NCBI GenBank assembly: GCA_002293685.1
Contig: DBDS01000004.1
Location: 34,479-98,478 of the forward strand
Direction: 5' to 3'
DNA length: 64,000 bases
From: Patescibacteria group bacterium UBA926
GTDB taxonomy: Bacteria > Patescibacteriota > Doudnabacteria > UBA920
In this document: one piece after another, positions 56,710 through 64,000 of the stretch
How positions within the stretch are numbered: the stretch's first letter is position 1
How the letters are laid out: every line of letters begins with the position of its first letter
Translations under genes and position numbers: made by a program
The notes under the pieces: model-generated
Databases searched by the model: none
What the model was told of the DNA's origin: nothing
Seen by the model: the letters and a program-made list of their open reading frames with translations, nothing else

Positions 56710-56921
56710 TGGAAGGTAATTCTTGCGGCAAGGGCCATGTTGGCAATTCACGCTTACGCTTTACTAAGGAGCAGGCGGAGTCGGAAGCTGTTAAGCATCC
56801 AGCGGTCAATGATCATGGATTGTTAACAAAGCGATATCGGTTACAGAGTCGCTATGGGTTAGAGGTTGGAAAGAACAGCAAACAGGAGGTTGAAAATGAG
56901 CATTCGTCGAGAGAGTGGTAG
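56709..56921 (+). CDS. hypothetical small protein 2
   Basis: RBS AGGAGGGTCAGTAATG overlapping the upstream stop. Confidence 0.4.
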   Translation: MEGNSCGKGHVGNSRLRFTKEQAESEAVKHPAVNDHGLLTKRYRLQSRYGLEVGKNSKQEVENEHSSREW

Positions 56922-57135
56922 GCCGGGATTTGTTCGAAGTTCTGGCATGGAAGACTTGGTTGCCAAACCTGCCCAAGGTGTGGTCGGTATTGGTATCGAA
57001 GGATTAAGTCCGAGCGAAGTACAGGACATAGTAAATAGTCCAAATCGGATCGGACCGGATGAAGTGCGTCGTTACACCGATGAAGAAATACACCAATCAT
57101 GGGGTGCGGAGCGCAACTTCGGGGCATTGAAGTGA
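56896..57135 (+). CDS. hypothetical small protein 3
   Basis: RBS ACAGGAGGTTGAAAATG. It overlaps the 3' end of protein 2 in another frame. Confidence 0.4.
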   Translation: MSIRRESGRPGFVRSSGMEDLVAKPAQGVVGIGIEGLSPSEVQDIVNSPNRIGPDEVRRYTDEEIHQSWGAERNFGALK

Positions 57136-57155
57136 ACTTATGTTCATTGCATTAT

Positions 57156-57186
57156 AGCGCAGACTTTGTTCTGCGCTTTTCTATTT
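57156..57186 (+). terminator. intrinsic terminator AGCGCAG-ACTTTGTT-CTGCGCT plus TTTCTATTTT
   Basis: Perfect 7-bp stem plus T-run after the small-ORF cluster. Confidence 0.8.
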
Positions 57187-57208
57187 TATTTATTCCCTCT
57201 ATAATTTA

Positions 57209-57313
57209 CCCTGTTAAATATAGCTGAAATTAGCTAGTTTAGAAGACGTGTTTTGGTTTCGTAAAAGTGTTATAATTAACACATAAATCATAAATAATTT
57301 AACAAGGTAAATG
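57209..57313. repeat. ORF-less inverted-repeat module CCCTGTTAAATA ... ATTTAACAAGGTAAATG abutting the gatC start, with internal extended -10 TGTTATAAT
   Basis: Same half-sites as the GIY-YIG cassette. The right-hand half-site is degenerate by one base. TATAAT at 57271-57276. Confidence 0.7.
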
Positions 57314-57592
57314 TTAACCCCTGAAGAAGTAAGAAAAATCGCTCAATTAGCCCGAATTGAACTCCGTGAAGGAGAAGTTGAAAAGTTTCAGAAGGACTTG
57401 TCGTCAATTTTGGATTATGTTGAAGAGTTGAAAGCGGTTGATACCGACGGTTTGGATATTGTTTCCTCGGTGACAGGTTTAGAAAACGTTCAGCGACCAG
57501 ATAAAGCAGTGTTAATCGATTATCAAGAAGGCATTATGACAAATGCCCCTGAGCGAAAAGATCGTTATTATAAAGTGAAATCAATTTTGTAA
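57311..57592 (+). CDS. gatC: Asp/Glu-tRNA amidotransferase subunit C
   Basis: MLTPEEVRKIAQLARIELREGEVEKFQKDLSSILDYVEEL. Confidence 0.9.
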   Translation: MLTPEEVRKIAQLARIELREGEVEKFQKDLSSILDYVEELKAVDTDGLDIVSSVTGLENVQRPDKAVLIDYQEGIMTNAPERKDRYYKVKSIL

Positions 57593-57600
57593 TCTTAAGT

Positions 57601-57679
57601 ATCCTCGGGCAAAGACCCGGGGTCTGGATCCCGGCTAGCTCGCGCCCCGCTTCACGGGACTTGTAGCTGCCGGGATGAC
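57601..57679. repeat. GC-rich element E12 ending CCGGGATGAC, which overlaps the gatA ATG
   Basis: GGATCCCGGCTAGCTCGCGCCCCGCTTCACGGGACTTGTAGCTGCCGGGATGAC. It is homologous to 26060-26150 and to the reverse complement of 14583-14657. Confidence 0.85.
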
Positions 57680-59195
57680 TTATAGCATGAACTACGAAGA
57701 ATTATCTCTCGCTGAGTTGCGGGAAAAATTGGATAACAAAGAAGTTTCGTCAGTCGAACTGACGAACTATTTTTTGGCGCGAATCAAAGAGCAGAATCCG
57801 GAGCTCAATGCGTTCATTACAATTACTGAACAAGAAGCGTTAGAACAAGCAAAAGAAGCTGATGAATTTATAAACTCACCAGGCGACAACTTTCCACTAA
57901 CAGGAATTCCTTTTGCAGCGAAAGATTTATTTTTAACTAAGGGTATTCGTACAACAGCAGCTTCAAAAATTTTAGATAACTATATCCCGCCGTACGACGC
58001 AACTGTAATTGCAAAACTGAAAGAGCAGAAAGCAGTGTTGCTTGGTAAAGCGAACATGGATCAGTTTGCGCATGGCTCATCGGGTGAAACATCTGCTTAT
58101 GGCGCAACCAAAAATCCGTGGGACAAAACTCGTATGCCTGGCGGTTCTTCTTCGGGTAGTGCTGCTGCAGTGGCTGCGGGGCTTGCTCCTTGGGCTTTAG
58201 CTACAGAAACAGGCGGCAGTATTCGCCAACCTGCTTCGTTAACCGGCGTAAGTGGTTGGAAACCAACTTATGGCCGTGTTTCGCGATATGGAGTAGCGGC
58301 GATGGCTTCAAGTTTGGACAGCATGGGCGCTATGGCTACAAGCGTAAAAGATTTGGCAATGATTGCCGAAAGTATTTCTGGTCATGATCCAAAAGATGGC
58401 ACAACTGGAGAGCGTGAAGTTCCTGCTTACTCAAAATTACTGGACGCAAATATCAAAGGAATGAAAATCGGTGTGCCTAAAGAATATTTTGTTGATGGAA
58501 TGGAAGCAGGGGTGCGGGAAGCTGTCGAGAAGGCAATTGAAGAAATAAAAAACTTAGGTGCAGAAATTGTTGAGGTTAGTTTACCAAACACAAAGTACGG
58601 TTCGCTTGTTTACGCAATCGTATGTCCAAGCGAAGTATCTTCAAACCTAGCTCGTTACGATGGAATTCGTTACGGCCATTCCACATCTGAAGGCGGCAGT
58701 TTATTAGATGTGTACCAGAAAAGCCGCGCGGAGGGCTTTGGTGACGAAGCCAAACGCAGAATTATGACAGGTACTTACGTTCTTAGCGCGGGCTATTACG
58801 ATGCTTATTACAAAAAAGCGCAGCGCGTGCGTCGTAAGATTTTAAATGAATTCGAAGAAGTTTTTAAGCGGGTAGATATTTTACTTGCACCATCAAGTCC
58901 GAATGTTGCTCAGCCTTTGGGGAACGCCGCGAGTGATCCATTGTTTGGATATATCGCCGATCAATTAAACATCCCAGCTTCATTGGCAGGTTTGCCTGCA
59001 TTGTCGTTGCCGTGTGGTTTTGCTTCCCCTCCTTTCCAAGGAGGGGTGGCCGAGTCCGCGACAGCGGGCGAGGACGGGGTGCTACTTCCAGTTGGACTTC
59101 AAATCATCGGTCCGCAATGGGGCGAACAAAAAGTTTTTAATGTTGGATACGCTTATCAGCAAGCAACTGATTGGCATACTAAGAAAGCAAAATAA
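57675..59195 (+). CDS. gatA: Glu-tRNA(Gln) amidotransferase subunit A with ~18-codon in-frame hairpin insert
   Basis: Amidase signature GGSSSGSAAAVAAGL, with catalytic Ser/Lys context. The true start may be Met at 57687. Confidence 0.95.
   Translation: MTYSMNYEELSLAELREKLDNKEVSSVELTNYFLARIKEQNPELNAFITITEQEALEQAKEADEFINSPGDNFPLTGIPFAAKDLFLTKGIRTTAASKILDNYIPPYDATVIAKLKEQKAVLLGKANMDQFAHGSSGETSAYGATKNPWDKTRMPGGSSSGSAAAVAAGLAPWALATETGGSIRQPASLTGVSGWKPTYGRVSRYGVAAMASSLDSMGAMATSVKDLAMIAESISGHDPKDGTTGEREVPAYSKLLDANIKGMKIGVPKEYFVDGMEAGVREAVEKAIEEIKNLGAEIVEVSLPNTKYGSLVYAIVCPSEVSSNLARYDGIRYGHSTSEGGSLLDVYQKSRAEGFGDEAKRRIMTGTYVLSAGYYDAYYKKAQRVRRKILNEFEEVFKRVDILLAPSSPNVAQPLGNAASDPLFGYIADQLNIPASLAGLPALSLPCGFASPPFQGGVAESATAGEDGVLLPVGLQIIGPQWGEQKVFNVGYAYQQATDWHTKKAK
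59037..59090. repeat. in-frame CCCCTCCTTTCCAAGGAGGGG hairpin element in gatA
   Basis: Perfect 8-bp stem. The insert encodes ASPPFQGGVAESATAGEDG between the conserved CGF and LPVGLQIIG. It is homologous to 62155-62215 in miaA. Confidence 0.85.
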
Positions 59196-59669
59196 ATGAA
59201 CAAGCCTTCAGCGATTACTAAAGGTATATTTATAATCTTAATGCTACTAATTGCAGCGTTTGCTTTATTGCCTTTATACTTGATTAAGCAAAACGTAACT
59301 GCTTTGGTTGATGGTCGTCAAATAGTAGGCGAAGTCATGAATGTTCAGACCCAGATTACTGGCAGTTGTTTTTCAGAAGTTGACTGCCGTTCAGATGTGA
59401 TTAAGCAGATAAAGTATTTTGATGATAATGGGAATGAACAGTTTTTTACAACTTCAGCTTATAGTAGTGTTTCTTTTCTGGGATTGTTTGATGAGGGTGA
59501 TAAAGTGAATTTAGTGGTGATTAATGAGGATTTTAGTAGTATTCAAGTGTATCTACCTTTTGTAACATGGGCTTACATTTTTCTACTTCTTGTGATTGTT
59601 GCTCTGGCTGTTAAAGGAGCAATTGCATTTTTACATCACAACAAGAACATACAAGGTAATCAAATATGA
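59196..59669 (+). CDS. hypothetical two-TM membrane protein inserted between gatA and gatB
   Basis: Overlapping stop/start codons on both sides (translationally coupled). Confidence 0.45.
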   Translation: MNKPSAITKGIFIILMLLIAAFALLPLYLIKQNVTALVDGRQIVGEVMNVQTQITGSCFSEVDCRSDVIKQIKYFDDNGNEQFFTTSAYSSVSFLGLFDEGDKVNLVVINEDFSSIQVYLPFVTWAYIFLLLVIVALAVKGAIAFLHHNKNIQGNQI

Positions 59670-61252
59670 ACTTAAACGGATACAAACCAGTTATCGGACT
59701 CGAAATCCACGTACAGCTTGCAACCAAAAGCAAGATGTTTTCTAGCGCGCCTAATAATCCTGACGAAAAACAGCCAAATACTAATATAGACGAAGTCGTT
59801 ACGGCGGAACCGGGAACTTTGCCGGTGCTTAATAAAGAAGCGGTTCGTCTTGGGGTGATGGTGGGTTTGGCTTTAAATTGCGAAATTCCTGAATACTCAA
59901 AATTTGATCGGAAACATTATTTCTATCCAGATTTACCGAAAGGTTATCAGATTTCTCAGTACGATGAACCAATTGCCTTAAACGGTTGGGTAGAAATTTT
60001 GGTACCAACAAATGGGGAACGCGATGCTTACACTAAACGCATCCGCATCACCCGCGCACACTTGGAAGAAGATGCTGGTAAAAACATGCACCCAGAAGGT
60101 TTGCCATATTCGCTCGTTGATTACAATCGAGCCGGTAGTCCGCTTTTAGAAATTGTCACCGAACCAGATATAGAAACTGCCGAAGAGGCGCGCATCTTCT
60201 TGCAGGAATTACAAAGAATTGTTCGCTATGTCGGAGCGAGCTCTGCTGATATGGAAAAAGGCACAATGCGTTGTGAGCCAAACATTTCAGTTCGCAAACC
60301 CGGAGAAGAAAGCTTGCCAAAATACAAGGTTGAAGTGAAAAACATCAACAGTTTTAAATTTGCGGAAGCAGCAATCAATTACGAAATTCCTCGTCACATC
60401 GAAATGCTTGAAGCAGGTGGCATGCCAAAGCAAGTCACGATGGGTTGGAATGAGAAAACTAACAAGACTGTTGAACAACGCAGTAAGGAAGAAGCAAATG
60501 ATTATCGCTATTTCCCCGAACCAGATTTAGCGCCAATGCGTTTTACAAAAGAATTTCTTGATGAACTGCGGGGAGATTTACCTGAATTGCCATCACAAAA
60601 GCGCGTGCGTTTCAAACAAGAGTTTGCTCTTGATGAATCTGTAATCGAAACTTTACTAAATTGGAAAGACCTCAATGAATATTTTGAGGATGTTGTTAGT
60701 GAGATTGACGCTTGGATAATTACTGACTCCAGTGTCATTCTGAGTGATAGCGAAGAATCTCAATCATCAGATCCTTCGGCTTCGCCTCAGGATGACGGGA
60801 AAGAGATCTCTCAGGATGACGGAAAAAGAGCGAGATTAATCAAAGCGGCGGCGAATTGGTGCATTCAAGAATTTTCAGCTTTACTAAATGCCGACTTGGC
60901 AAACCCAAGTGACTCAAAAGTTTCAGCAGAAAATATGGCTGAACTTGTAAAGCTAATTGACGCTGGAAAAATTTCTGGTTCAGCAGCGAAGCAAGTATTT
61001 AAAAAGATGTATGAAACTGGCGGTGAGCCAGACCATATAGTAGAAGAACTTGGCTTGTCACAGGTTAGTGATGAAGGAGCAATTGAAACTGCAGTAGACG
61101 AAATCATCGCTGCAAATCCGAAAGCCGTAGAGGATTACAAAGCTGGTCAACAAAAATCGTTCGGCTTCTTGGTAGGGCAAGTGATGGCGGCCATGAAAGG
61201 AAAAGCTAATCCACAAGTGGTTAACGAAATTTTAAAAGAGAAATTATCATAA
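59666..61252 (+). CDS. gatB: Asp/Glu-tRNA amidotransferase subunit B with ~30-codon in-frame insert before the C-terminal YqeY-like domain
   Basis: Conserved N-terminus MNLNGYKPVIGLEIHVQL and the GatB/GatE catalytic core. Confidence 0.95.
   Translation: MNLNGYKPVIGLEIHVQLATKSKMFSSAPNNPDEKQPNTNIDEVVTAEPGTLPVLNKEAVRLGVMVGLALNCEIPEYSKFDRKHYFYPDLPKGYQISQYDEPIALNGWVEILVPTNGERDAYTKRIRITRAHLEEDAGKNMHPEGLPYSLVDYNRAGSPLLEIVTEPDIETAEEARIFLQELQRIVRYVGASSADMEKGTMRCEPNISVRKPGEESLPKYKVEVKNINSFKFAEAAINYEIPRHIEMLEAGGMPKQVTMGWNEKTNKTVEQRSKEEANDYRYFPEPDLAPMRFTKEFLDELRGDLPELPSQKRVRFKQEFALDESVIETLLNWKDLNEYFEDVVSEIDAWIITDSSVILSDSEESQSSDPSASPQDDGKEISQDDGKRARLIKAAANWCIQEFSALLNADLANPSDSKVSAENMAELVKLIDAGKISGSAAKQVFKKMYETGGEPDHIVEELGLSQVSDEGAIETAVDEIIAANPKAVEDYKAGQQKSFGFLVGQVMAAMKGKANPQVVNEILKEKLS
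60733..60822. repeat. GC-rich element E14 inside gatB (TGTCATTCTGAG...CCTCAGGATGACGG...CTCAGGATGACGG)
   Basis: Homologous to the reverse complement of the intergenic element at 26668-26730. It encodes SVILSDSEESQSSDPSASPQDDGKEISQDDG. Confidence 0.85.
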
Positions 61253-61258
61253 AATAAA

Positions 61259-61295
61259 GACGCGACAGCTAGGAGGGCTGTCGCGTTTTTTTTTG
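61259..61295. terminator. bidirectional intrinsic terminator GACGCGACAGC-TAGGAGG-GCTGTCGCGT plus T9
   Basis: Perfect 11-bp stem plus TTTTTTTTT. It lies between convergent gatB and the minus-strand ORF. Confidence 0.9.
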
Positions 61296-61307
61296 TCTTG
61301 AACTTAG

Positions 61308-61760
61308 CTAAGCAGATTTCACTACTGATCGTGCCAAGCTGAACTTGTAAGTCAGTTCATAGGGTTTCCCCCAAAACTCGGTCGTCTGATAATCAGTCAC
61401 AGGCTTTGTTTCTTCTTTCATCCTTTCAAATTTTTGTGGGCCGCACATTACGGCTTTATCAAAGATCTTCGCCTGGAGTTCTTCATTAATACGCTTAGGG
61501 TACTCACTAAGCTTCATTCCGCTTGAAATGATTGGCGACGCTTCGCAGGAAAATTGGACGGTTTCACCTTGGTGAGGGAAGCTACCTTCGCTGTAAAGCG
61601 GAGTGACGATGTGTAACTGGTAACCTTCACCCTTGTTCGGTGGGTCGAGTTTCATGAACTGGCCACTGCCAAGTTCCAGTAGTATCAAGGCGCTGCTTGG
61701 AATGGAAGTGGAAAAACTTGTTCCTCCAATTCCGTTTTGGGGTGTAGAAAGTTCTGACAT
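61308..61760 (-). CDS. hypothetical protein
   Basis: 150-aa ORF. No motif recognised. Confidence 0.4.
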   Translation of the reverse strand: MSELSTPQNGIGGTSFSTSIPSSALILLELGSGQFMKLDPPNKGEGYQLHIVTPLYSEGSFPHQGETVQFSCEASPIISSGMKLSEYPKRINEELQAKIFDKAVMCGPQKFERMKEETKPVTDYQTTEFWGKPYELTYKFSLARSVVKSA

Positions 61761-61814
61761 TAATTATTTTCTCCTTCAAGTTGTATTTTCGTTTTTCAAC
61801 GAAAAATTATTCTA

Positions 61815-62975
61815 TCACCTTAGGAGCTTTTTGGCAAGGGTGATTAACTCGTCTGGTGAATCGGACCAATGAATATCTTTATTCCGTTTCCACCAAGTTA
61901 GTTGACGTTTGGCGTATTGTCTAATGGATATCACTGACAGTTCCTGCATTTGTTTGGCAGTAATTTTATTCTGCAAAAACTGAGCTGTATATTTATATTC
62001 TAATCCGAAGCTTTCAAATCTTTTCCAAGATACACCATTTTTGTGAAGCGAACTTACTTCATCGATCATACCGCGCTTTAACCAAGACTTCATTCGTTTA
62101 CTGATTTTACCTTCTAATACTTCCATGGATGGGTTTATTCCTAACCAAAGTGTCGACCACCCCGTCTTCGCCTTCGGCGAATCCACCCCTCCTTGAAAAG
62201 GAGGGGAGAGCAAAGGCACAGGTTTGCCAGTTGATTTAACAATTTCAATTGCTCGTATCAGACGGTGAGGATTTTTTTCATCAATAGTTTTTGCACGTTC
62301 CGGGTCTAGCTTCATAAGCATCTTAAACATCTCAGTAGTGCTGAGTTTAGATAATTTTGCTCGGAGTTTCAAATCAGGTTTGACTTTTGGAAATTGTTGA
62401 TTGAATGCAACTGAATCAATCCAGTGCATAGTGCCGCCGCAGAGGATTGGTAGCTTACCGCGTTTTAAAATATCCGAAATTATTTTATGTGCCTTTCGCT
62501 GAAATTTCTCTGCGGAATATTGTAGCTTTGGATTAGCTTCATCAATTAAGTAGTGGGGAATTGATTTGTAAATAAAGACTTTTTTGGAAATAGATCCTTC
62601 GACTCGCTTCGCTCGCTCAGGATGACGTGGAGTAGATCCTTCGACTCGCTTCGCTCGCTCAGGATGACGTGGAGTAGATCCTTCGACTCGCTTCGCTCGT
62701 CCGTGAATACTAGATGGGATAGCAGTATCCCCGGCGAATGCCGGGGTCTGTAATGTAGATCCCGGATAGCCCTGCGGGCTTCCGGGATGACTGGAAAATG
62801 GAACTGTCATCCATTTTCCAGTCACTTTCCCGCTTCCAATATCTAGCCCACGATAAATTTGTCGGCTGTCTGCCGAAATAATTTCACCATTAAATTTCTT
62901 GGCTAATTTAACAGCCAATTCACTTTTTCCACTAGCTGTTGGACCGACAACAATTACGAGCTTTGGTTTGTTCAT
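61815..62975 (-). CDS. miaA: tRNA dimethylallyltransferase MiaA carrying two in-frame GC-rich inserts (~85 extra codons)
   Basis: P-loop VIVVGPTASGKSELAVKLA and ISADSRQIYRGLDIGSGK, then a long insert before the conserved SIPHYLID. It is 386 aa versus ~300 aa for typical MiaA. Confidence 0.9.
   Translation of the reverse strand: MNKPKLVIVVGPTASGKSELAVKLAKKFNGEIISADSRQIYRGLDIGSGKVTGKWMTVPFSSHPGSPQGYPGSTLQTPAFAGDTAIPSSIHGRAKRVEGSTPRHPERAKRVEGSTPRHPERAKRVEGSISKKVFIYKSIPHYLIDEANPKLQYSAEKFQRKAHKIISDILKRGKLPILCGGTMHWIDSVAFNQQFPKVKPDLKLRAKLSKLSTTEMFKMLMKLDPERAKTIDEKNPHRLIRAIEIVKSTGKPVPLLSPPFQGGVDSPKAKTGWSTLWLGINPSMEVLEGKISKRMKSWLKRGMIDEVSSLHKNGVSWKRFESFGLEYKYTAQFLQNKITAKQMQELSVISIRQYAKRQLTWWKRNKDIHWSDSPDELITLAKKLLR
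62155..62215. repeat. in-frame CCCCTCCTTGAAAAGGAGGGG hairpin element in miaA (homolog of the gatA insert)
   Basis: Its reverse complement CCCCTCCTTTTCAAGGAGGGGTGG...GACGGGGTGG aligns with 59037-59090. It encodes LSPPFQGGVDSPKAKTG. Confidence 0.85.
62591..62823. repeat. complex GC-rich insert in miaA: 42-bp tandem repeat x2.4, a homolog of intergenic E9, and a GACTGGAAAATGG...CCATTTTCCAGTC hairpin
   Basis: TAGATCCTTCGACTCGCTTCGCTCGCTCAGGATGACGTGGAG is repeated head to tail (62591-62700). The next segment, 62717-62790, is ~80% identical to 41284-41344. Confidence 0.9.
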
Positions 62976-62996
62976 ATATTCATATGATACAATAGA

Positions 62997-63554
62997 ATGA
63001 AGAAAATTAAACTATATATTATGAGTAAACAAGCAATGTACGGCATTATTGCCTTAGTAGTTCTGCTAATTGTTGGTGGAATTATCTACGCACAGTCAAA
63101 CAACTCTACGACAGACGAAGCTAACACAACCGAATCACAGCTTCAACAAGACACAGAATCTGATACTAATAATGGATCAGATTTACTCCCAGTTGATGGA
63201 GAGCCATCAACTCCTGCCACCCCGGGTGCTCAAATGGAAGGTCGATTTAGCGGTGAAGGAGATATTATGGCTCCTGACGTGACCGTTCATGAGATTAACT
63301 TCAGTGGTTCTGCTTTTTCACCATCAAATCTTACAATTAAGAACGGTGATATCGTTGTATTCAAAAATAACAGTAATAAAGATTTCTGGCCAGCATCGGC
63401 TCCTCATCCACAGCATACAGATTATCCCGAGTTTGATTCAAAGCAAGGCTTAGCACCAGGTGAAACTTTTCAGTTCAAGTTCACAAAAACAGGTTCCTGG
63501 GGTTTTCATGACCACATCACACCAAGTGCGTTCGGTCGAATTATTGTAGAATAA
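62997..63554 (+). CDS. hypothetical membrane-anchored protein, possible cupredoxin-like fold
   Basis: N-terminal TM helix, a Ser/Thr/Asp-rich linker, and a C-terminal beta-rich domain with several His residues. Confidence 0.35.
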   Translation: MKKIKLYIMSKQAMYGIIALVVLLIVGGIIYAQSNNSTTDEANTTESQLQQDTESDTNNGSDLLPVDGEPSTPATPGAQMEGRFSGEGDIMAPDVTVHEINFSGSAFSPSNLTIKNGDIVVFKNNSNKDFWPASAPHPQHTDYPEFDSKQGLAPGETFQFKFTKTGSWGFHDHITPSAFGRIIVE

Positions 63555-63639
63555 GTGCTAATTGAACATATATCTGAAGATTTTTAAAGAACCTCCAAGA
63601 GAGGTTCTTTTCATCTATAATATGATATAATTTATCTGT

Positions 63640-64000
63640 GAAAGCCACTGAAAAAACGGCAAATTTGGATATTTGGAACACTTCTGGACAGTTTGGTGCG
63701 AAACGCCTGTTGTCTAGCTTTTTGACTTTCCCAGATGCATCTACATTGCCTCATGCGTTCATTTTTTTAGGACCGAGTGGTGTTGGAAAATTTAAACTAG
63801 CTCAAGAGTTCGCTGTTAAGATAGCCGAAACATGGAATAATCAATCCGAGAAATATGTGTTCGACTTTTTGGAAGACAATGGCTTAGATGAACTTCGAGA
63901 GTTAATAAAATTATCTAGCTTAACTTCAGTGGGAGATGGGAGAAAAATTTTCATACTTAAGAATTTTGAACTCGCTCCAAATAGTAGTTTAAATGCTTTG
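63640..64000 (+). CDS. holB: DNA polymerase III delta-prime subunit (5' partial; runs off the window end)
   Basis: GTG start. AAA+ Walker A PHAFIFLGPSGVGKFKLA. No stop before the window end. Confidence 0.55.

Noticed and set aside
56225-57190. A known structured ncRNA (RNase P RNA, SRP RNA or group II intron) in the GC-rich patch
   Set aside because: The conserved P4 / GGAAAGUCCGG or domain-V-like signatures were not found by eye. The region is kept as a candidate leader plus small ORFs.

Overview
This is an AT-rich (~40% GC) bacterial chromosomal segment. Its gene content suggests a reduced-genome, Patescibacteria/CPR-like organism, but that lineage call is inference only. The standard genetic code applies, since UGA, UAA and UAG are all used as stops.

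Housekeeping genes:
- The infC-rpmI-rplT operon.
- argS and ileS.
- gatC, gatA and gatB, with an extra membrane ORF between gatA and gatB.
- miaA and rsmA/ksgA.
- DNA repair genes recO, uvrD/pcrA, radA, recG and recX.
- A clpC-like gene with a CIRCE-like operator upstream.
- htpX, lemA, cspA and smpB.

RNA genes: a tmRNA (ssrA) and two tRNA-Ser genes (UGA and GCU anticodons) that bracket an ECF sigma / anti-sigma pair.

Other loci: a type IV secretion-like cluster containing a VirB4 ATPase split over two adjacent ORFs, a VirB3/PrgI-like small membrane protein, and a giant VirB6/TrbL-like polytopic protein.

The most unusual feature is a dispersed, modular family of GC-rich palindromic miniature elements. 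Their termini are TGTCATCC(Y) ... (R)GGATGACA, and a related family forms CCCCTCC...GGAGGGG hairpins. About 16 copies lie in the 64 kb window. Some sit in intergenic regions and some abut start codons. At least six copies are inserted in frame inside intact essential ORFs (ileS, rsmA, recX, gatA, gatB and miaA). This resembles Rickettsia palindromic elements.

A second small element is an 84-aa GIY-YIG nuclease gene framed exactly by 12-13 bp inverted repeats (CCCTGTTAAATA / TATTTAACAGGG). ORF-less paired copies of the same inverted repeats sit immediately upstream of, and overlap the start codons of, four genes (PLD-like, argS, CBS-domain protein, gatC).

No rRNA, CRISPR array or transposase gene was found.
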